This document shows, one piece after another, positions 26,971 to 37,415 of a stretch of 52,231 nt of DNA (the stretch's first letter is position 1; each line of letters begins with the position of its first letter). The notes under the pieces were generated by a model that was not told the origin of the DNA, made no database searches, and saw only the letters and a list, made by a program, of their open reading frames with translations. The stretch is from a virus (lineage: Duplodnaviria; Caudoviricetes), in IMG/VR virus record IMGVR_UViG_3300050505_000036, positions 1 through 52,231 of that record; one strand, written 5' to 3'. Position numbers and translations under genes: made by a program.

Positions 26971-27453
26971 CTAGCCGTAGATCAGATCAAAGGTGGCACT
27001 GCCGAAAGTTGCCTCGCATCGATCTTTGAATTGTTCGCTAATGCCCATGAAATGGCGGGCCGGAAGGTTCCGCTTCGGATTTCCACGGTCTTGAGCCCGT
27101 GCATACTTCACCACGTTCAGGTCGATTCCCCACGCCAAACTTTGTTCGTCGATCGTCAGCACGTGACCAGCACCAACCCCAGCAGCCCCTAGCATCTTGC
27201 CGCTCAGGATCAGCAGCGGATGCTTCGGCTTGGGGTCTTTACGTGGCGGCCAAGGCGTGCCATCTGGTGTCGATGACGTTGCGAAGTTGGTCGTGATTCC
27301 TTCCTCGACGATTGGTGCACACTTTTCAAACGCCAATCCATAGTTTGCCGTCAGCAAATCATCCGCCAGTCGAGCCATAACAGTTGGCATGTCGGTTGCG
27401 TCAAATGGTCCTGGCGGAAGAAGCGGTTCGCCTGCTGACGCTCTGTGCATCAT
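26971..27453 (-). CDS. Neck/tail completion protein (Mu gpG / virion morphogenesis type)
   Basis: PDGTPWPP..LILSG..YA..Q..LPARHFMGIS. Confidence 0.8.
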   Translation of the reverse strand: MMHRASAGEPLLPPGPFDATDMPTVMARLADDLLTANYGLAFEKCAPIVEEGITTNFATSSTPDGTPWPPRKDPKPKHPLLILSGKMLGAAGVGAGHVLTIDEQSLAWGIDLNVVKYARAQDRGNPKRNLPARHFMGISEQFKDRCEATFGSATFDLIYG

Positions 27454-27908
27454 GTTCCGCGTGCCTCCCGCGAGGTGAAACGGAGCATCAGACCGGCCAT
27501 ATAAATGTTAGAGCCAATGAATCGGCCTTGGTCGAAAACCTGTTGGGGCGTGACGATGCAACGATAAACTTCATCAACGCCGGTCAACCGCTGATTGCGA
27601 AAGGCTCTAGCGATTTGTTCCCGCCATCGTAGTCGACGCGAACGCCCTGCATTTTGATCTTGGTTGGGAGCGTCATAGAGTGCGACGAGGATGGAATAAA
27701 CAACGTCGTCACGCTGATTAGTACCAGCGTTAGGATCCATCGTTTCTGGAGCGCCAGGCACAACTTGGATCGACGGATAAGAGCCAATGTCACTGGTCGT
27801 TGTTTCTCGCCGTGAAATGTTGGCTTGCGGGATGCCGTCTAGGTCAAGGCTTTTCAACACCGTCACCACGGCGTCAAGGCATTGATCAAAAACAGCTATG
27901 ACTGTCAT
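27450..27908 (-). CDS. Putative tail terminator
   Basis: Position, size, YPSIQV. Confidence 0.6.
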   Translation of the reverse strand: MTVIAVFDQCLDAVVTVLKSLDLDGIPQANISRRETTTSDIGSYPSIQVVPGAPETMDPNAGTNQRDDVVYSILVALYDAPNQDQNAGRSRRLRWREQIARAFRNQRLTGVDEVYRCIVTPQQVFDQGRFIGSNIYMAGLMLRFTSREARGT

Positions 27909-27917
27909 GGAGATGGC

Positions 27918-28247
27918 CTACCTTTGCTTGACGCAGAACACTCGCCACATAGCACCTTCCAGTTCTCGCATCGATCGAAGAACAGTCCAGTCGATTGATT
28001 CGGCGTCCGTAAGCGTGTCTCCATCATTTGGCGTCTCGCCACTCATGTTTGCGTTGGGCATTAAGAATGAAGTCAATTCCTGAGTGACTCCCATGCCGCT
28101 GACAAATTCGATGGCGGAAAAGTCCAACGGTCGACGCACGCAGCCGTTCACGGTGGCCACGGTCTGGCCGTCGCGTGACAGCACCACCGTCTGCTGGTTC
28201 GGCAGCATCCGATACTTCGTTGCGAGTGTGGCGGACGTAAGCGGCAT
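27918..28247 (-). CDS. Putative head closure protein
   Basis: Position, PNDGDTL..WTV. Confidence 0.6.
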   Translation of the reverse strand: MPLTSATLATKYRMLPNQQTVVLSRDGQTVATVNGCVRRPLDFSAIEFVSGMGVTQELTSFLMPNANMSGETPNDGDTLTDAESIDWTVLRSMRELEGAMWRVFCVKQR

Positions 28248-28250
28248 CGT

Positions 28251-28919
28251 TTACCAGTCCCAGGGCTTGTAACCGGAAAGCAACTGCTTGACGCTGCCCA
28301 TTGGGCTGCTGTCAGGTGTTGCGGCCGCCAGTTGATACGAGTAATAATCGAGCGATTCCTGCTGGAGCGGGCCGCCCTGTTGGGCACCTTGCCGAAGAAT
28401 CGAAACCATTTGATGGCATGCCAGGACAAGATCAGCCGGGATCGTCACGTAGCCAGATATGTACGTGACCTTGATATTCCCGACGCCGGCCACAATGCCT
28501 TGCGTGAGCAGGCCCCGAATCTTTTCGTTCGCCCCTGTCCATACGCCACCAATCTTGACGACGATTCCCGACATGCTCTTTTCGCTGGTGCTATTGGCGT
28601 CTCGTTGCAAGCAGTAGTCGCGGCCTGCCACAAGGAGCGTACTGGCCGGGAAGGCCCCCGACGCTTCCCCGTAATAGGCCGACGAATCGAGGTAGAGAGA
28701 CGTGATGGACTGGACCGGCCGCTGCCTCAGGACCAGCTTAGGCGTGCCAGTGCCAACCATGAACTCCGTGCGCGTGGTCGTCTCCAAGTCCTGATTGAAA
28801 TACTGCTTGATCGCGGCGTCGGCGCCGGCCAGCAGTTGAGTCAGCAGGGCATCCTGAGACGTGTCCGCGGACGCAATCGACAGATGCGTTTTGACGGCCG
28901 CCAAGGTTGTGAGGGCCAT
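28251..28919 (-). CDS. Head-tail adaptor (gp6/gp15-like)
   Basis: MALTTLAAVKTHL..DALL; VTYISGY..IPADLVLA. Confidence 0.85.
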   Translation of the reverse strand: MALTTLAAVKTHLSIASADTSQDALLTQLLAGADAAIKQYFNQDLETTTRTEFMVGTGTPKLVLRQRPVQSITSLYLDSSAYYGEASGAFPASTLLVAGRDYCLQRDANSTSEKSMSGIVVKIGGVWTGANEKIRGLLTQGIVAGVGNIKVTYISGYVTIPADLVLACHQMVSILRQGAQQGGPLQQESLDYYSYQLAAATPDSSPMGSVKQLLSGYKPWDW

Positions 28920-28931
28920 AAGTCGCCCTCA

Positions 28932-29837
28932 TTAGGTCAAAATCGGGTCCAGCAATGCAGACAAATCTTCGGCGTTCACGCCCTGGAAGTTGTTGCACTT
29001 GCCGCAACCGGGGGCCGTGACGCCGTTGGCTTGAGCGGCTCCACTCGTCACGAAGTTGTTCGAGATGTAGCCGGTGCCTGCGGTGGCAATGTTGATGCAG
29101 GAATCGTTGTCGGTTGCCGCGTTGTAAATGCGGTTGTCGTGAATCTGGATGTTGACCACGTTTCCGGCCGCTCCGATAGCAGCTGTTCCCCAGTCGCCGT
29201 AGAGCAGGTTCCGTCGGATGATGTTGCCGGCGTCCGTCCCTGGCAAGCTAATGAAGTGCGTGTTGGCGGCGTCCGCGTCGTTGGCAACGCAATCCTCGAC
29301 GCACAATCCGCTGGAGGTCGTGGTCGAACCGCCAAGAATCCAAATCAGGGCGTTCATGTTCGTGGCGGTTTCGGAGAACCGACACTTCCGGAACGTGACG
29401 AATTGAGCGGTGACCGGCAGCGGGTTCGTGATGTCTGCGTAGTTCGCCGAGAAGTGGATATTCTCGAACGTGACGTTCGCACCGCTTAAAGTCAGATTGG
29501 CGGTAATGGCCGTGTCGAACGTGATCTTCGGCTGAAGCGTGCCGCTGCCTAACCCCATGATCGTGACGCCTGCCTTGGTCACAAATCCAGCAGCGCCGCC
29601 GACAGTCTCCGCATGACCTGGCCCAACAACGATGAGGTCTCCTGCGCTGGCCGTGCAAAGGGCCAGCCCCTGGGCAATCGTCGCCGCTGGTGCATCGGCG
29701 GTATATCCGCCACTGGCCGAACCGCTGACTGACGAAACAAAAAAGACGTTGCCCATGATGGGAACATCGGTGAATCGCAGTGCGGCGCGGGCTCGGGCAA
29801 AGTTGGTTGGGGTAGTCGTTGACATAGATTGGGTCAC
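28932..29837 (-). CDS. Right-handed beta-helix protein (putative head decoration)
   Basis: ATIAQGL..GDLIVVGPGHAE; NVTFENIHF; Asn ladders. Confidence 0.7.
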   Translation of the reverse strand: MTQSMSTTTPTNFARARAALRFTDVPIMGNVFFVSSVSGSASGGYTADAPAATIAQGLALCTASAGDLIVVGPGHAETVGGAAGFVTKAGVTIMGLGSGTLQPKITFDTAITANLTLSGANVTFENIHFSANYADITNPLPVTAQFVTFRKCRFSETATNMNALIWILGGSTTTSSGLCVEDCVANDADAANTHFISLPGTDAGNIIRRNLLYGDWGTAAIGAAGNVVNIQIHDNRIYNAATDNDSCINIATAGTGYISNNFVTSGAAQANGVTAPGCGKCNNFQGVNAEDLSALLDPILT

Positions 29838-29896
29838 TCCACTTTTAGTCTGTGACGATCGGTTGAGAGTTGAGAAAACGTAAATGCGGTAAGCGG

Positions 29897-30334
29897 TCAG
29901 TTCGTGCTGCCGACGTAAGCCGGAAACACTTCACGGGCGGTCGACACTTCGGCCTTGCCCCAGTCGTATTCAGAGAGGGTTTCGAGCGTCGGGTCTTTCA
30001 GTAGTCGGTTGTGGATCGCTCGCACCTCGGTCAACTTCGGATCCCCGAACCGCTTCGAAACCATGTTGAGCGGGTGTTTCGGCTTCAGGTTTGGCGCCGA
30101 CGCATCCGACAACTGCGGGCCTTCCGGTTCCGCCGTCAATGGCTCGCCACTGCGAACTCGCTTGGCCACGTCCATGAATGCCGCGGCGTCACGGAAGCAG
30201 GTGATAGCCAAGGCTTCGGTCGCGACTCGCACGCCCCGACTGCTGCGATCCGAGAACAGTTGAAAGGCCATTTCCGACAGGGTATCGGACGATCGGTTGT
30301 CGCCGGGCTGCTTTTGGTCCGCCATGGTTGACAA
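29897..30334 (-). CDS. Hypothetical protein in head operon
   Basis: AGGAG RBS. Confidence 0.65.
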   Translation of the reverse strand: MSTMADQKQPGDNRSSDTLSEMAFQLFSDRSSRGVRVATEALAITCFRDAAAFMDVAKRVRSGEPLTAEPEGPQLSDASAPNLKPKHPLNMVSKRFGDPKLTEVRAIHNRLLKDPTLETLSEYDWGKAEVSTAREVFPAYVGSTN

Positions 30335-30350
30335 ACTCCTTGGTGATTTT

Positions 30351-30947
30351 TTATCCCGCCAATGCGGTCATCGGAATCGGTTGTCGGTAAGCCCCGCCTT
30401 GCAATACCCATTGCTGGGACATGATCAGCACGTCGGCCACGCTGCTGCCGGTGATCGTGCTGCTGACGTACTTGAAGCTGTTCTGAGCGTCCAAGGAGGA
30501 ATTAAGAACCTCGATGACGATCATCGTTCCCACCACATCGGCCGCCAGATCGATTGAGTTGAGCGTGCCAAGGTCAAGTGATGATGCGGCAGTGAATTCA
30601 GCCAGCGTCCAGATCGGAACGGCGGTGAAGTTGTTCAGGCTCGCGGCCTTCTTGTACCAAAGCCGCGAGACACTGAGATTCTTCGAGCCGCTACCGGCTG
30701 CGTCTGTAGCCTGTTTGATTTGGACCGTCACGTCGTCACTGGTCGCGCCGGCCGGCTTGATCAACACGAGATAGGCCGCCTGGTAGTGCGACAGCTTCAC
30801 CCAATCGCCAGCCGGGTTGCTGGTCGTGTCCTCGGTGATGCCGGCCAGAACGAGACCTGTGGAAGCCAGTGCGTTATTGGACTGGCAAACAAACAGATCT
30901 GGCACTAGATCAAATCCGGCTTCGAAGAGTGTTCGGTTGAAGTACAT
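30351..30947 (-). CDS. Putative capsid decoration protein, paralog B
   Basis: GDWVKLSHY..QATDAAGSGSKNL; aligns with 30976..31521. Confidence 0.65.
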   Translation of the reverse strand: MYFNRTLFEAGFDLVPDLFVCQSNNALASTGLVLAGITEDTTSNPAGDWVKLSHYQAAYLVLIKPAGATSDDVTVQIKQATDAAGSGSKNLSVSRLWYKKAASLNNFTAVPIWTLAEFTAASSLDLGTLNSIDLAADVVGTMIVIEVLNSSLDAQNSFKYVSSTITGSSVADVLIMSQQWVLQGGAYRQPIPMTALAG

Positions 30948-30975
30948 TTAGGCGAACGATCAAAACGGTTTGGGT

Positions 30976-31521
30976 TTACGCCAATGGGCTAAGCGGAATG
31001 GCCTGCGGAAATTCGCCGTTGAACAGAATCACGAAGGCCGAATAGAGGACGGTGTTGTTCACGTCATCGCCCTCGATAAAGGCGGTGATGAACTTGAAGC
31101 CGTTGGCAACGTCCAAGTCAGTGACCTGCACTTCGGCAGCCAGCCAAATGGCGGCAGTGTCGACGTCGGCAACAACTCGGTCGGCTGTGCCGTTGGTGAC
31201 GGCCGTTGTACTGCCGTAGGCCAACAAGCTGTTGGACACGGCAACCTTTGTCCAAGTCCCTTGAGCCGTCATGGTGCCGGTCTTGTACCAGCAGTTGGAC
31301 ACCGAGAGGGCCTTGGAGCTTCCGCCCGATGCGCTGACGGCCTGCAACAATTGCAAAGCCCCGGCATCGACGTCCTCGGTCCCTTGCTTCACCAGTACGA
31401 CTAGAGCGCGGGTGTAATCCCGCATGCTGATCCAGTCGCCGGTGATGTCGGTATTGCCGTCCGATTCCCAGAACAACGGGTGCAAGTCGCCGCCATTCTC
31501 AAAAAAGTTTCGATTGTGCAT
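30976..31521 (-). CDS. Putative capsid decoration protein, paralog A
   Basis: GDWISMRDY..QAVSASGGSSKAL..DLDVANGFK; directly after MCP. Confidence 0.65.
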   Translation of the reverse strand: MHNRNFFENGGDLHPLFWESDGNTDITGDWISMRDYTRALVVLVKQGTEDVDAGALQLLQAVSASGGSSKALSVSNCWYKTGTMTAQGTWTKVAVSNSLLAYGSTTAVTNGTADRVVADVDTAAIWLAAEVQVTDLDVANGFKFITAFIEGDDVNNTVLYSAFVILFNGEFPQAIPLSPLA

Positions 31522-31565
31522 GTGTATGCGACTCCAAAAATGTGCGGTGTCAGGAAAGCGAACGA

Positions 31566-32882
31566 CTAGGCGCGAACGTCAAGAGTCACGAAGTTTGATT
31601 GGGTATTGGAGGCACCCTTATACGGGGTAATCGGGGCACTCTCCCAAGGCCGGGCGTTCAACCGCATGGTGAACCGCAGAGCCATCTGATCGGTCAGGAA
31701 TTCGAGGTGCATCGACACGGCTTGAGCGATGCCGCCCTTGCTGATCGACAGGATTTGCCCCAGGTCCGCCAAGATGATGTCGCCTTGGGTGCCGAGCGTC
31801 GCGTTGAACTCGGTTGGCTTGAGCGGTCGGCCGCGGAGCGTACCGAAGGGAGCGTCTGCCAAGCCGTTCGGCGGCATGTAGACTGCGATGCCGGCGGCGC
31901 CGATGCCCAGCGTCATCAGGTCAAGCTGCGGGCCGATGTCCTGATTGTGCAGCCAGACCGAGTTGGGGAGGTTCGGGGCGTAGAACCGCGAGTACATCTT
32001 GACGATATTTTCTGGGAAGAGCGTCGCCGCTCCCTGCGTTTCCTTCGCGACGCTGACCAACGATGGTGCGGCCAGCATGCCCAACGGCTGGCCAACGCCC
32101 GTTCCGTTGACCAGTGCGTCACCGATCATGAAGTTGAACTCTTCGCCGGCCTTACGACCGACGTATTGCTCAAGAGCTTGGCTCGTGTCCGCCAGCAGTT
32201 CGTCAGTCAGGTAGACGACCACGCCCAGCTTGACGAGTTTCAACGAGACTTCGCGGAACGTTGGCTTGCTCTTGGTGATGCTGCCACCTTCCGCCATCCA
32301 GTAGCCTTGCAGACCACCGTGGCGGCTTCCCGTCGCGCGGCTCGTCTCGGCGTTGGCCAAGAACGTCATGTTGTTGCCGCTGACCGTGTAGTTGTCGGTT
32401 CCCGCCCAGAGGTCGTTTGAGTAGATGCGATCGATGATTTGATTGCTGAACTCAGGAATGACCGTCACGCCGCCGTCGGCGCCGGTCGCTTCGCTCATGC
32501 CCTGGATGGCCTTGTAGAGCGTCGGGCCAAAGTGCTTTTCGTTGCGGGCCTCCCACGCTCCGGACTTCGAACCAGCCAAACCGCTCTTGACGTAATCGCC
32601 GAACGACTTGAACTCGCCCCACGGCGTGTAGCCGGAGCTACGCAGTTGCTTTTCGTTGGCCTTGCGAAGTTGGCGGTAAGACTTACGCCGCTGGGCGTCC
32701 CGGCTGTTGCCGACACGGAATTCCACCGTCTCATCGGTCTCTTCGTAGAACGACGTCACCCGCCCTTGCTCATCGCGGCGCTCCGGCAAATGCGGCTTGC
32801 CGAGGTCCGCCAAAGTCTTGGTCATGGTGGCCAGGCCGGTTTTCATCTCGGCCATCTCGGCGGCAAAATCGATTGCTGGCAT
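31566..32882 (-). CDS. Major capsid protein (HK97 fold)
   Basis: DGGVTVIPE, WMAEG, TDELLADT, GTGVGQPLG, F.TDQMALR. Confidence 0.95.
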   Translation of the reverse strand: MPAIDFAAEMAEMKTGLATMTKTLADLGKPHLPERRDEQGRVTSFYEETDETVEFRVGNSRDAQRRKSYRQLRKANEKQLRSSGYTPWGEFKSFGDYVKSGLAGSKSGAWEARNEKHFGPTLYKAIQGMSEATGADGGVTVIPEFSNQIIDRIYSNDLWAGTDNYTVSGNNMTFLANAETSRATGSRHGGLQGYWMAEGGSITKSKPTFREVSLKLVKLGVVVYLTDELLADTSQALEQYVGRKAGEEFNFMIGDALVNGTGVGQPLGMLAAPSLVSVAKETQGAATLFPENIVKMYSRFYAPNLPNSVWLHNQDIGPQLDLMTLGIGAAGIAVYMPPNGLADAPFGTLRGRPLKPTEFNATLGTQGDIILADLGQILSISKGGIAQAVSMHLEFLTDQMALRFTMRLNARPWESAPITPYKGASNTQSNFVTLDVRA

Positions 32883-32926
32883 CTGCGTGTCTCCTTGTTC
32901 TGTGCTGCTGTGAGTTGCCGCGCGTC

Positions 32927-34372
32927 TTAGCTGGCCCGGCGGTGCGGTGCGATCGATTCGAGGGTTTTGGTCAAGGTCGTGAAGGTCGTTTTGATCTCGT
33001 TGAACTGCTCGACCAAGGCAGGGTCGGGGTCCGCCGCTTTCGGTTCGGCTGGCGGTTCCTTTGCCTTGGCCAGCATCTTGGCGAAGCGAAGGCTGACGAG
33101 ACTGATTGCCTCTCGCTGGGCCTTCGTCAAATTCTTGGCGGTGGCCACGCTCTTGAGCCGATGACCCAGCCCCGACAATTGCAGGCGGTTGTTCTGGTCC
33201 CGTCGTAAGAACTTGGCCATCGAATCGGCTTCGGGGTCCGCGTTCGGATCGTCGGCCGAGTCGGTCTTGGTCAGTTCGGCGGCGTCGGGATAGTTGCTGC
33301 TGTAGGCCCCTTCGACTTCCGCCAGGTGGCCGTTGAGCGTTTCCACGAGGGCCGCCAGATATTCTTTCACTGGCGGATTTTCGAGCGGTCCCAACGACGA
33401 TTCGATTTGCTGGACGATGCCGGATAGTGCGTCGTATGCGGCCGCTAGCACTTGAGCACCTAACGGAGTCTCACCGTCAACTTCTTCGCCGGTGTCATCG
33501 GCGGCCATCGGATCATCCGCCATGGCGGTATCATCGGGCGGCGGCGCATCGCCCGCAGCCTTGGCCAGCGATTTCGGAAGCGTGACGGCAGGAACGACGG
33601 CGGCAGTCGGTGTAATGCTCACTTGCGATTGCTCCGGCGGTTGAATCCAGCCGATGCCGATGGCCTGAACGCCCGCGGCTTGCGGCTGAAGTGATTTGAG
33701 GATGGGCTCGCAGATGGATTTGCCGGCCAGCTTGCCACGGTCGAGGATCTTGCGGAGGGCTTCAGGGTTGTCAGGCACTCCAACCCACGACCATTCGAGC
33801 AACTCCCACTCTTCGACCAACAGCCCCGGCCGAAATCCAGTCCCTTCGCTGCGGACCTTAGCCACGATGGGGGCAAGATTGATGCTGGCGGTTCGAATAA
33901 TCTTTTCCGCGATCAGTTCGAAGATTTGCATTGCCTCGAAACATGACTGCGAAAAGTAGCTGGTGGCCTCAATGCCATCGTCCGAAATGACGACCGTGCA
34001 ATTGCCGTTTGGATCCTCGCTCTTGGCGATCGGCATCGACAGGCCGGAAAAGCCGTGGTCGAAATAGACGACCGGGTTTGCTCGGTAGTTGTCCAAGCGA
34101 CAGCCCAACGGCATCACGACGTCTTCCGATCGATCGGGCGTCGGCGTGCTAATCGTGGCGGTGGCGCAACACTGGGCGGCGTCGATCATCGGCACCATGT
34201 AGGCCATGGAATCGAGGATGGCCGACTTGCCAGCGTGAGGATACAACCGCCCCGGCGTGCGGCGCCTGCCCCGAAGGATGGCCGCAAAGTCGATGACGGT
34301 GGGCTCGATAGCGGGAGCCTGCCCGGCTGACTTGGCTATTCGGCGTCGTTCGCGCTGCGCTGCTGTGCCCAT
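32927..34372 (-). CDS. HK97-type prohead protease with C-terminal scaffold-like extension
   Basis: DRSEDVV, NPVVYFDH, ASI, ELLEWSWVGVPDNPEA. Confidence 0.9.
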   Translation of the reverse strand: MGTAAQRERRRIAKSAGQAPAIEPTVIDFAAILRGRRRTPGRLYPHAGKSAILDSMAYMVPMIDAAQCCATATISTPTPDRSEDVVMPLGCRLDNYRANPVVYFDHGFSGLSMPIAKSEDPNGNCTVVISDDGIEATSYFSQSCFEAMQIFELIAEKIIRTASINLAPIVAKVRSEGTGFRPGLLVEEWELLEWSWVGVPDNPEALRKILDRGKLAGKSICEPILKSLQPQAAGVQAIGIGWIQPPEQSQVSITPTAAVVPAVTLPKSLAKAAGDAPPPDDTAMADDPMAADDTGEEVDGETPLGAQVLAAAYDALSGIVQQIESSLGPLENPPVKEYLAALVETLNGHLAEVEGAYSSNYPDAAELTKTDSADDPNADPEADSMAKFLRRDQNNRLQLSGLGHRLKSVATAKNLTKAQREAISLVSLRFAKMLAKAKEPPAEPKAADPDPALVEQFNEIKTTFTTLTKTLESIAPHRRAS

Positions 34373-34453
34373 ATTTCAAGGCTATTGCAGCATGTGTAAC
34401 AAGTTGAATAGGGAAAATTGCGAGATTTTCGGCGGGCGGTTAGAATGCTGGGC

Positions 34454-34747
34454 ATGGAAGAACGCTGCAAGAACTGCCGTTTTTGGAACACTAGCCACGA
34501 GTGGACTCCGCAGGGAGAGCCGCACGAATGCGATGATCCACGGCAAGAACGGCTGCGCGGCATGGGAGTCTGTTCGCTCGCATCGTCCCACGAAGACGGA
34601 CCGGACAATCCACAGAGTCTTGCGATTGCCGAAGATGCCGAGAGTTACAACGCCGAACTTGTCACCTCCCCTGAGTTTGGCTGCGTGCAATTCCAGCCAA
34701 AGGAAGCTCGGCCGCCCACTAAGCTGCATCGTCGTCTGCCAGCCTGA
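34454..34747 (+). CDS. Antisense moron, Cys-rich, leaderless
   Basis: CKNCRFW...GVC...EFGCVQF; TTGCGA-17-TAGAAT ends 7 nt before ATG. Confidence 0.7.
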   Translation: MEERCKNCRFWNTSHEWTPQGEPHECDDPRQERLRGMGVCSLASSHEDGPDNPQSLAIAEDAESYNAELVTSPEFGCVQFQPKEARPPTKLHRRLPA

Positions 34748-34892
34748 GACGACCTCGATTGAGATGGCGGTATACCGACGTTCGGCTAGTCCCCGACAAC
34801 CGCGCGGCCTTGGCCTTCGGCATTTTCTCGCGCAGCAGTCTCCGCAAGCGGTCGAGCACGTCGCGCGGGGTTGGCTTGCCCTGGTCGCACAT
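34719..34892 (-). CDS. Small HTH protein (57 aa)
   Basis: Manual translation ...KAKAARLSGTSRTSVYRHL. Confidence 0.6.
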   Translation of the reverse strand: MCDQGKPTPRDVLDRLRRLLREKMPKAKAARLSGTSRTSVYRHLNRGRLRLADDDAA

Positions 34893-35063
34893 TTATTGAC
34901 TTAGCTCCCTGGCCCGCTCTTCCATCTTATCGGCCACACGCGCCATGGTTTCAACTGCGTCTGGCTCGCCGTTCCAGTTCTTTGCAATGTGAGTCTCGCG
35001 AATTGCATCCGCCACTTCCCGCAGCACTTCCGCCACGATGGCTTTCTGATCGCTCTTTTTCAT
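34893..35063 (-). CDS. Small hypothetical protein
   Basis: ATGA coupling; MKKSDQKAIVAEVLRE. Confidence 0.5.
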   Translation of the reverse strand: MKKSDQKAIVAEVLREVADAIRETHIAKNWNGEPDAVETMARVADKMEERARELSQ

Positions 35064-35755
35064 CGGGCCTCGAAAGTGACGTGGACGCTGCATCGACAAT
35101 TGACGTGACCGGGCGGGCCAAGATGATACGAGAATGGGTAATCGTCGGGGATTTGGTCCGGGAAGATCAGGCCGTGCAGAGGCATGCAAAATTCACAGAC
35201 CCGATCGTCAAACCTCGTGTACCATCGCCACGTTGCGACCAACTTGTTTTCAACCGCGAAGTGATTGCCAAAGCCCATCATGCCGCTGGTAATGGCCCGC
35301 GTCGTTTCGGTGGTGCCGATGACGTCGGCCCTCGCCGGGCTGAATACCGGCGCAATCAACTCCATGAACGGCGTGCCGGTCGCGATGGCCTCCCCGTGGG
35401 CATAGACCAGTTTGTCTTTCGTCGACTGAATCAATTCGGCCGCCAGGGTATTGGCGTAATGGCCTGACCAGACGCGGGCTTGCCGGCGCCCCATCTCGGT
35501 ATCGAAGTGCAGGTCATGCTCGTCGGCCAGATGGCGGGCGGCCTCGGTATAGGTGGCGGCTAGTTCCGGGCTCATTCGCTCGGCCAGTCGTCGCTGAAAC
35601 CGCTCCCATTGCGCGGGGTAGCCGTCTTCAAGTCGAGCCTGCTCCTCCTGAAACAGCAGCAGGATCGCAGCAGTCAACGCGGCTTCGCGGTCTCGCCGGC
35701 CAGCAACATCGGCTAGGGTGTCGGGAACGCTGGGGGTGATAAGGTCGACGGCCAT
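35060..35755 (-). CDS. Minor head protein (Mu gpF / SPP1 gp7-like)
   Basis: RA..I..TETTRA, DDRVCEFC..LHG, PPGHVNCRC. Confidence 0.9.
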   Translation of the reverse strand: MAVDLITPSVPDTLADVAGRRDREAALTAAILLLFQEEQARLEDGYPAQWERFQRRLAERMSPELAATYTEAARHLADEHDLHFDTEMGRRQARVWSGHYANTLAAELIQSTKDKLVYAHGEAIATGTPFMELIAPVFSPARADVIGTTETTRAITSGMMGFGNHFAVENKLVATWRWYTRFDDRVCEFCMPLHGLIFPDQIPDDYPFSYHLGPPGHVNCRCSVHVTFEAR

Positions 35756-35828
35756 GCTTAGCGATTTCTTCGACTGCTGATACTACTGAAAACGCCGATT
35801 AGAATGATCATCCAAAAAAGTATTTGCG

Positions 35829-37415
35829 TCACGGATATTCACCCCATTGCAGATTCGCCGCCCGTGCCAACCGCTCAGCCGCCAACTTGTGATGGCCGTT
35901 GCCGTTTATCCGGTTGACGCCGTTATGATGATGGCTCTTGCCGTTCGAACCGATTACCGGCGGCGTGAAGCCGTTGCGGTCCAGCCCCTCAACCCCCGTT
36001 GTCGTTTCGTCGGCTGTCTCCTGTGCGTCGCTCTGTCCACCACCGAACGCAGCAAACGGATCAGACGGAACCGCTGGAGCCTGCGGCTGCTGACCCGCCC
36101 AAACATCACCATCCGCATGTGGTGGTAGGCCGCGAAGTGCTCGCAGTTCGTTCTTCGTGATGCACTGGGCGGTAATGTCCGTTCTCAACTGCTCCTCAAG
36201 AATATTCTCGTCATCGATCTTCGGGGCGGTCATCGTGACGGTCAGCGTCTCACCAAAGAACGGGCCAAGCTGCTCCTGTAACTCTTCCGCCAAGAGGTTC
36301 AACTGCGGCTGGACGGTCATCACGCTCATCTGTTTGAGGGCCGCGTAGAACGCCGCGTACGACCCATCACCGCCCATGCCAACGGCAACCCCTGGCACGC
36401 CATGCAGGGCCAAAATGAACTTGCTCATTTGGTCGAAGCCGGCGGAATAGTCCATGTCCTTCGGCACGTTCGAAAGCGGCGTGACGGTCGATCCACCCGG
36501 AACAATCATGGCCCGGCCGCTGTTATTAGGCCCGCCATATTTTTGGGCAATCGTCGTTTGAACTCGCTCGATTTCTTCAGGTGACGGACTCGTGTCTTTG
36601 TCCGGAGAGATTGCTACGGACGGATTGATGCCATTCTTCAAGTGAGAGAACCGCGAGCGGTCAATCTGTTCGGCGGTGTCGGTTGGCAGTGAACCTGCCG
36701 CCAGTGGTGAATACCCGTCATCCTTAGCCAGCGGGTGCGGCCAGCGAACCGTCACAAACTCGCGGGCATCGACCACCTTGCCGGCAATCGAGGCGAGTGC
36801 ATTTAGTTCCGCATAGCCATCGTCAACCGTAATGTCCGTGTACCAGAGGGAGACCGCCATGCGATAGGCACCCATCGGGTATTCACGGGATGGCGGCATT
36901 GGCTGGGCCAGTGCGGTTGGAATCAAGTAAATCTCGACTGGCAGGCCAAGCTGATTTCTCACGATCCAGATGAGGGCGGTCCCTGTCAACGACAACTGGA
37001 CGCTGGCTTCATAGCGGAACGATGCCCCCGACTGCCGCGGGTTCGGTCGCTTCAGCAGGCGGACGAACCGGTCATCGTCGGGCAGTGGCTCGGAATCCTG
37101 CTGATTGCCCTGGCCGTGGGACTTGGTGAGTCGTCCGCGCGGTGCTGCCGCCAACTTCGGCCGACTGATTTCCACGGTGGCCTGCGAACACTGCTTGGCC
37201 ACGGCATGGGCCGCCACGTAATTCCAGCCCGTGAAGTGCAGGGACTCCTCTCGGTGGTCATTGGCCCATGCTCCGGGCTGGCCTTGCTGGAGAGCCTGCC
37301 GCATCGTCACGGCGAAGGAGGCGGACTTGGCAACACTGGCAAATCGGTCACGTTCAGCCATGACTGCGGCAACCGATTCAGATGGCACGCCAGTTATGTA
37401 GTGGTCTCGGATCAT
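35829..37415 (-). CDS. Portal protein (HK97 type)
   Basis: LLKRPNP, GYSPL, NG..PS, ITKNELRALRGLPP. Confidence 0.95.
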   Translation of the reverse strand: MIRDHYITGVPSESVAAVMAERDRFASVAKSASFAVTMRQALQQGQPGAWANDHREESLHFTGWNYVAAHAVAKQCSQATVEISRPKLAAAPRGRLTKSHGQGNQQDSEPLPDDDRFVRLLKRPNPRQSGASFRYEASVQLSLTGTALIWIVRNQLGLPVEIYLIPTALAQPMPPSREYPMGAYRMAVSLWYTDITVDDGYAELNALASIAGKVVDAREFVTVRWPHPLAKDDGYSPLAAGSLPTDTAEQIDRSRFSHLKNGINPSVAISPDKDTSPSPEEIERVQTTIAQKYGGPNNSGRAMIVPGGSTVTPLSNVPKDMDYSAGFDQMSKFILALHGVPGVAVGMGGDGSYAAFYAALKQMSVMTVQPQLNLLAEELQEQLGPFFGETLTVTMTAPKIDDENILEEQLRTDITAQCITKNELRALRGLPPHADGDVWAGQQPQAPAVPSDPFAAFGGGQSDAQETADETTTGVEGLDRNGFTPPVIGSNGKSHHHNGVNRINGNGHHKLAAERLARAANLQWGEYP

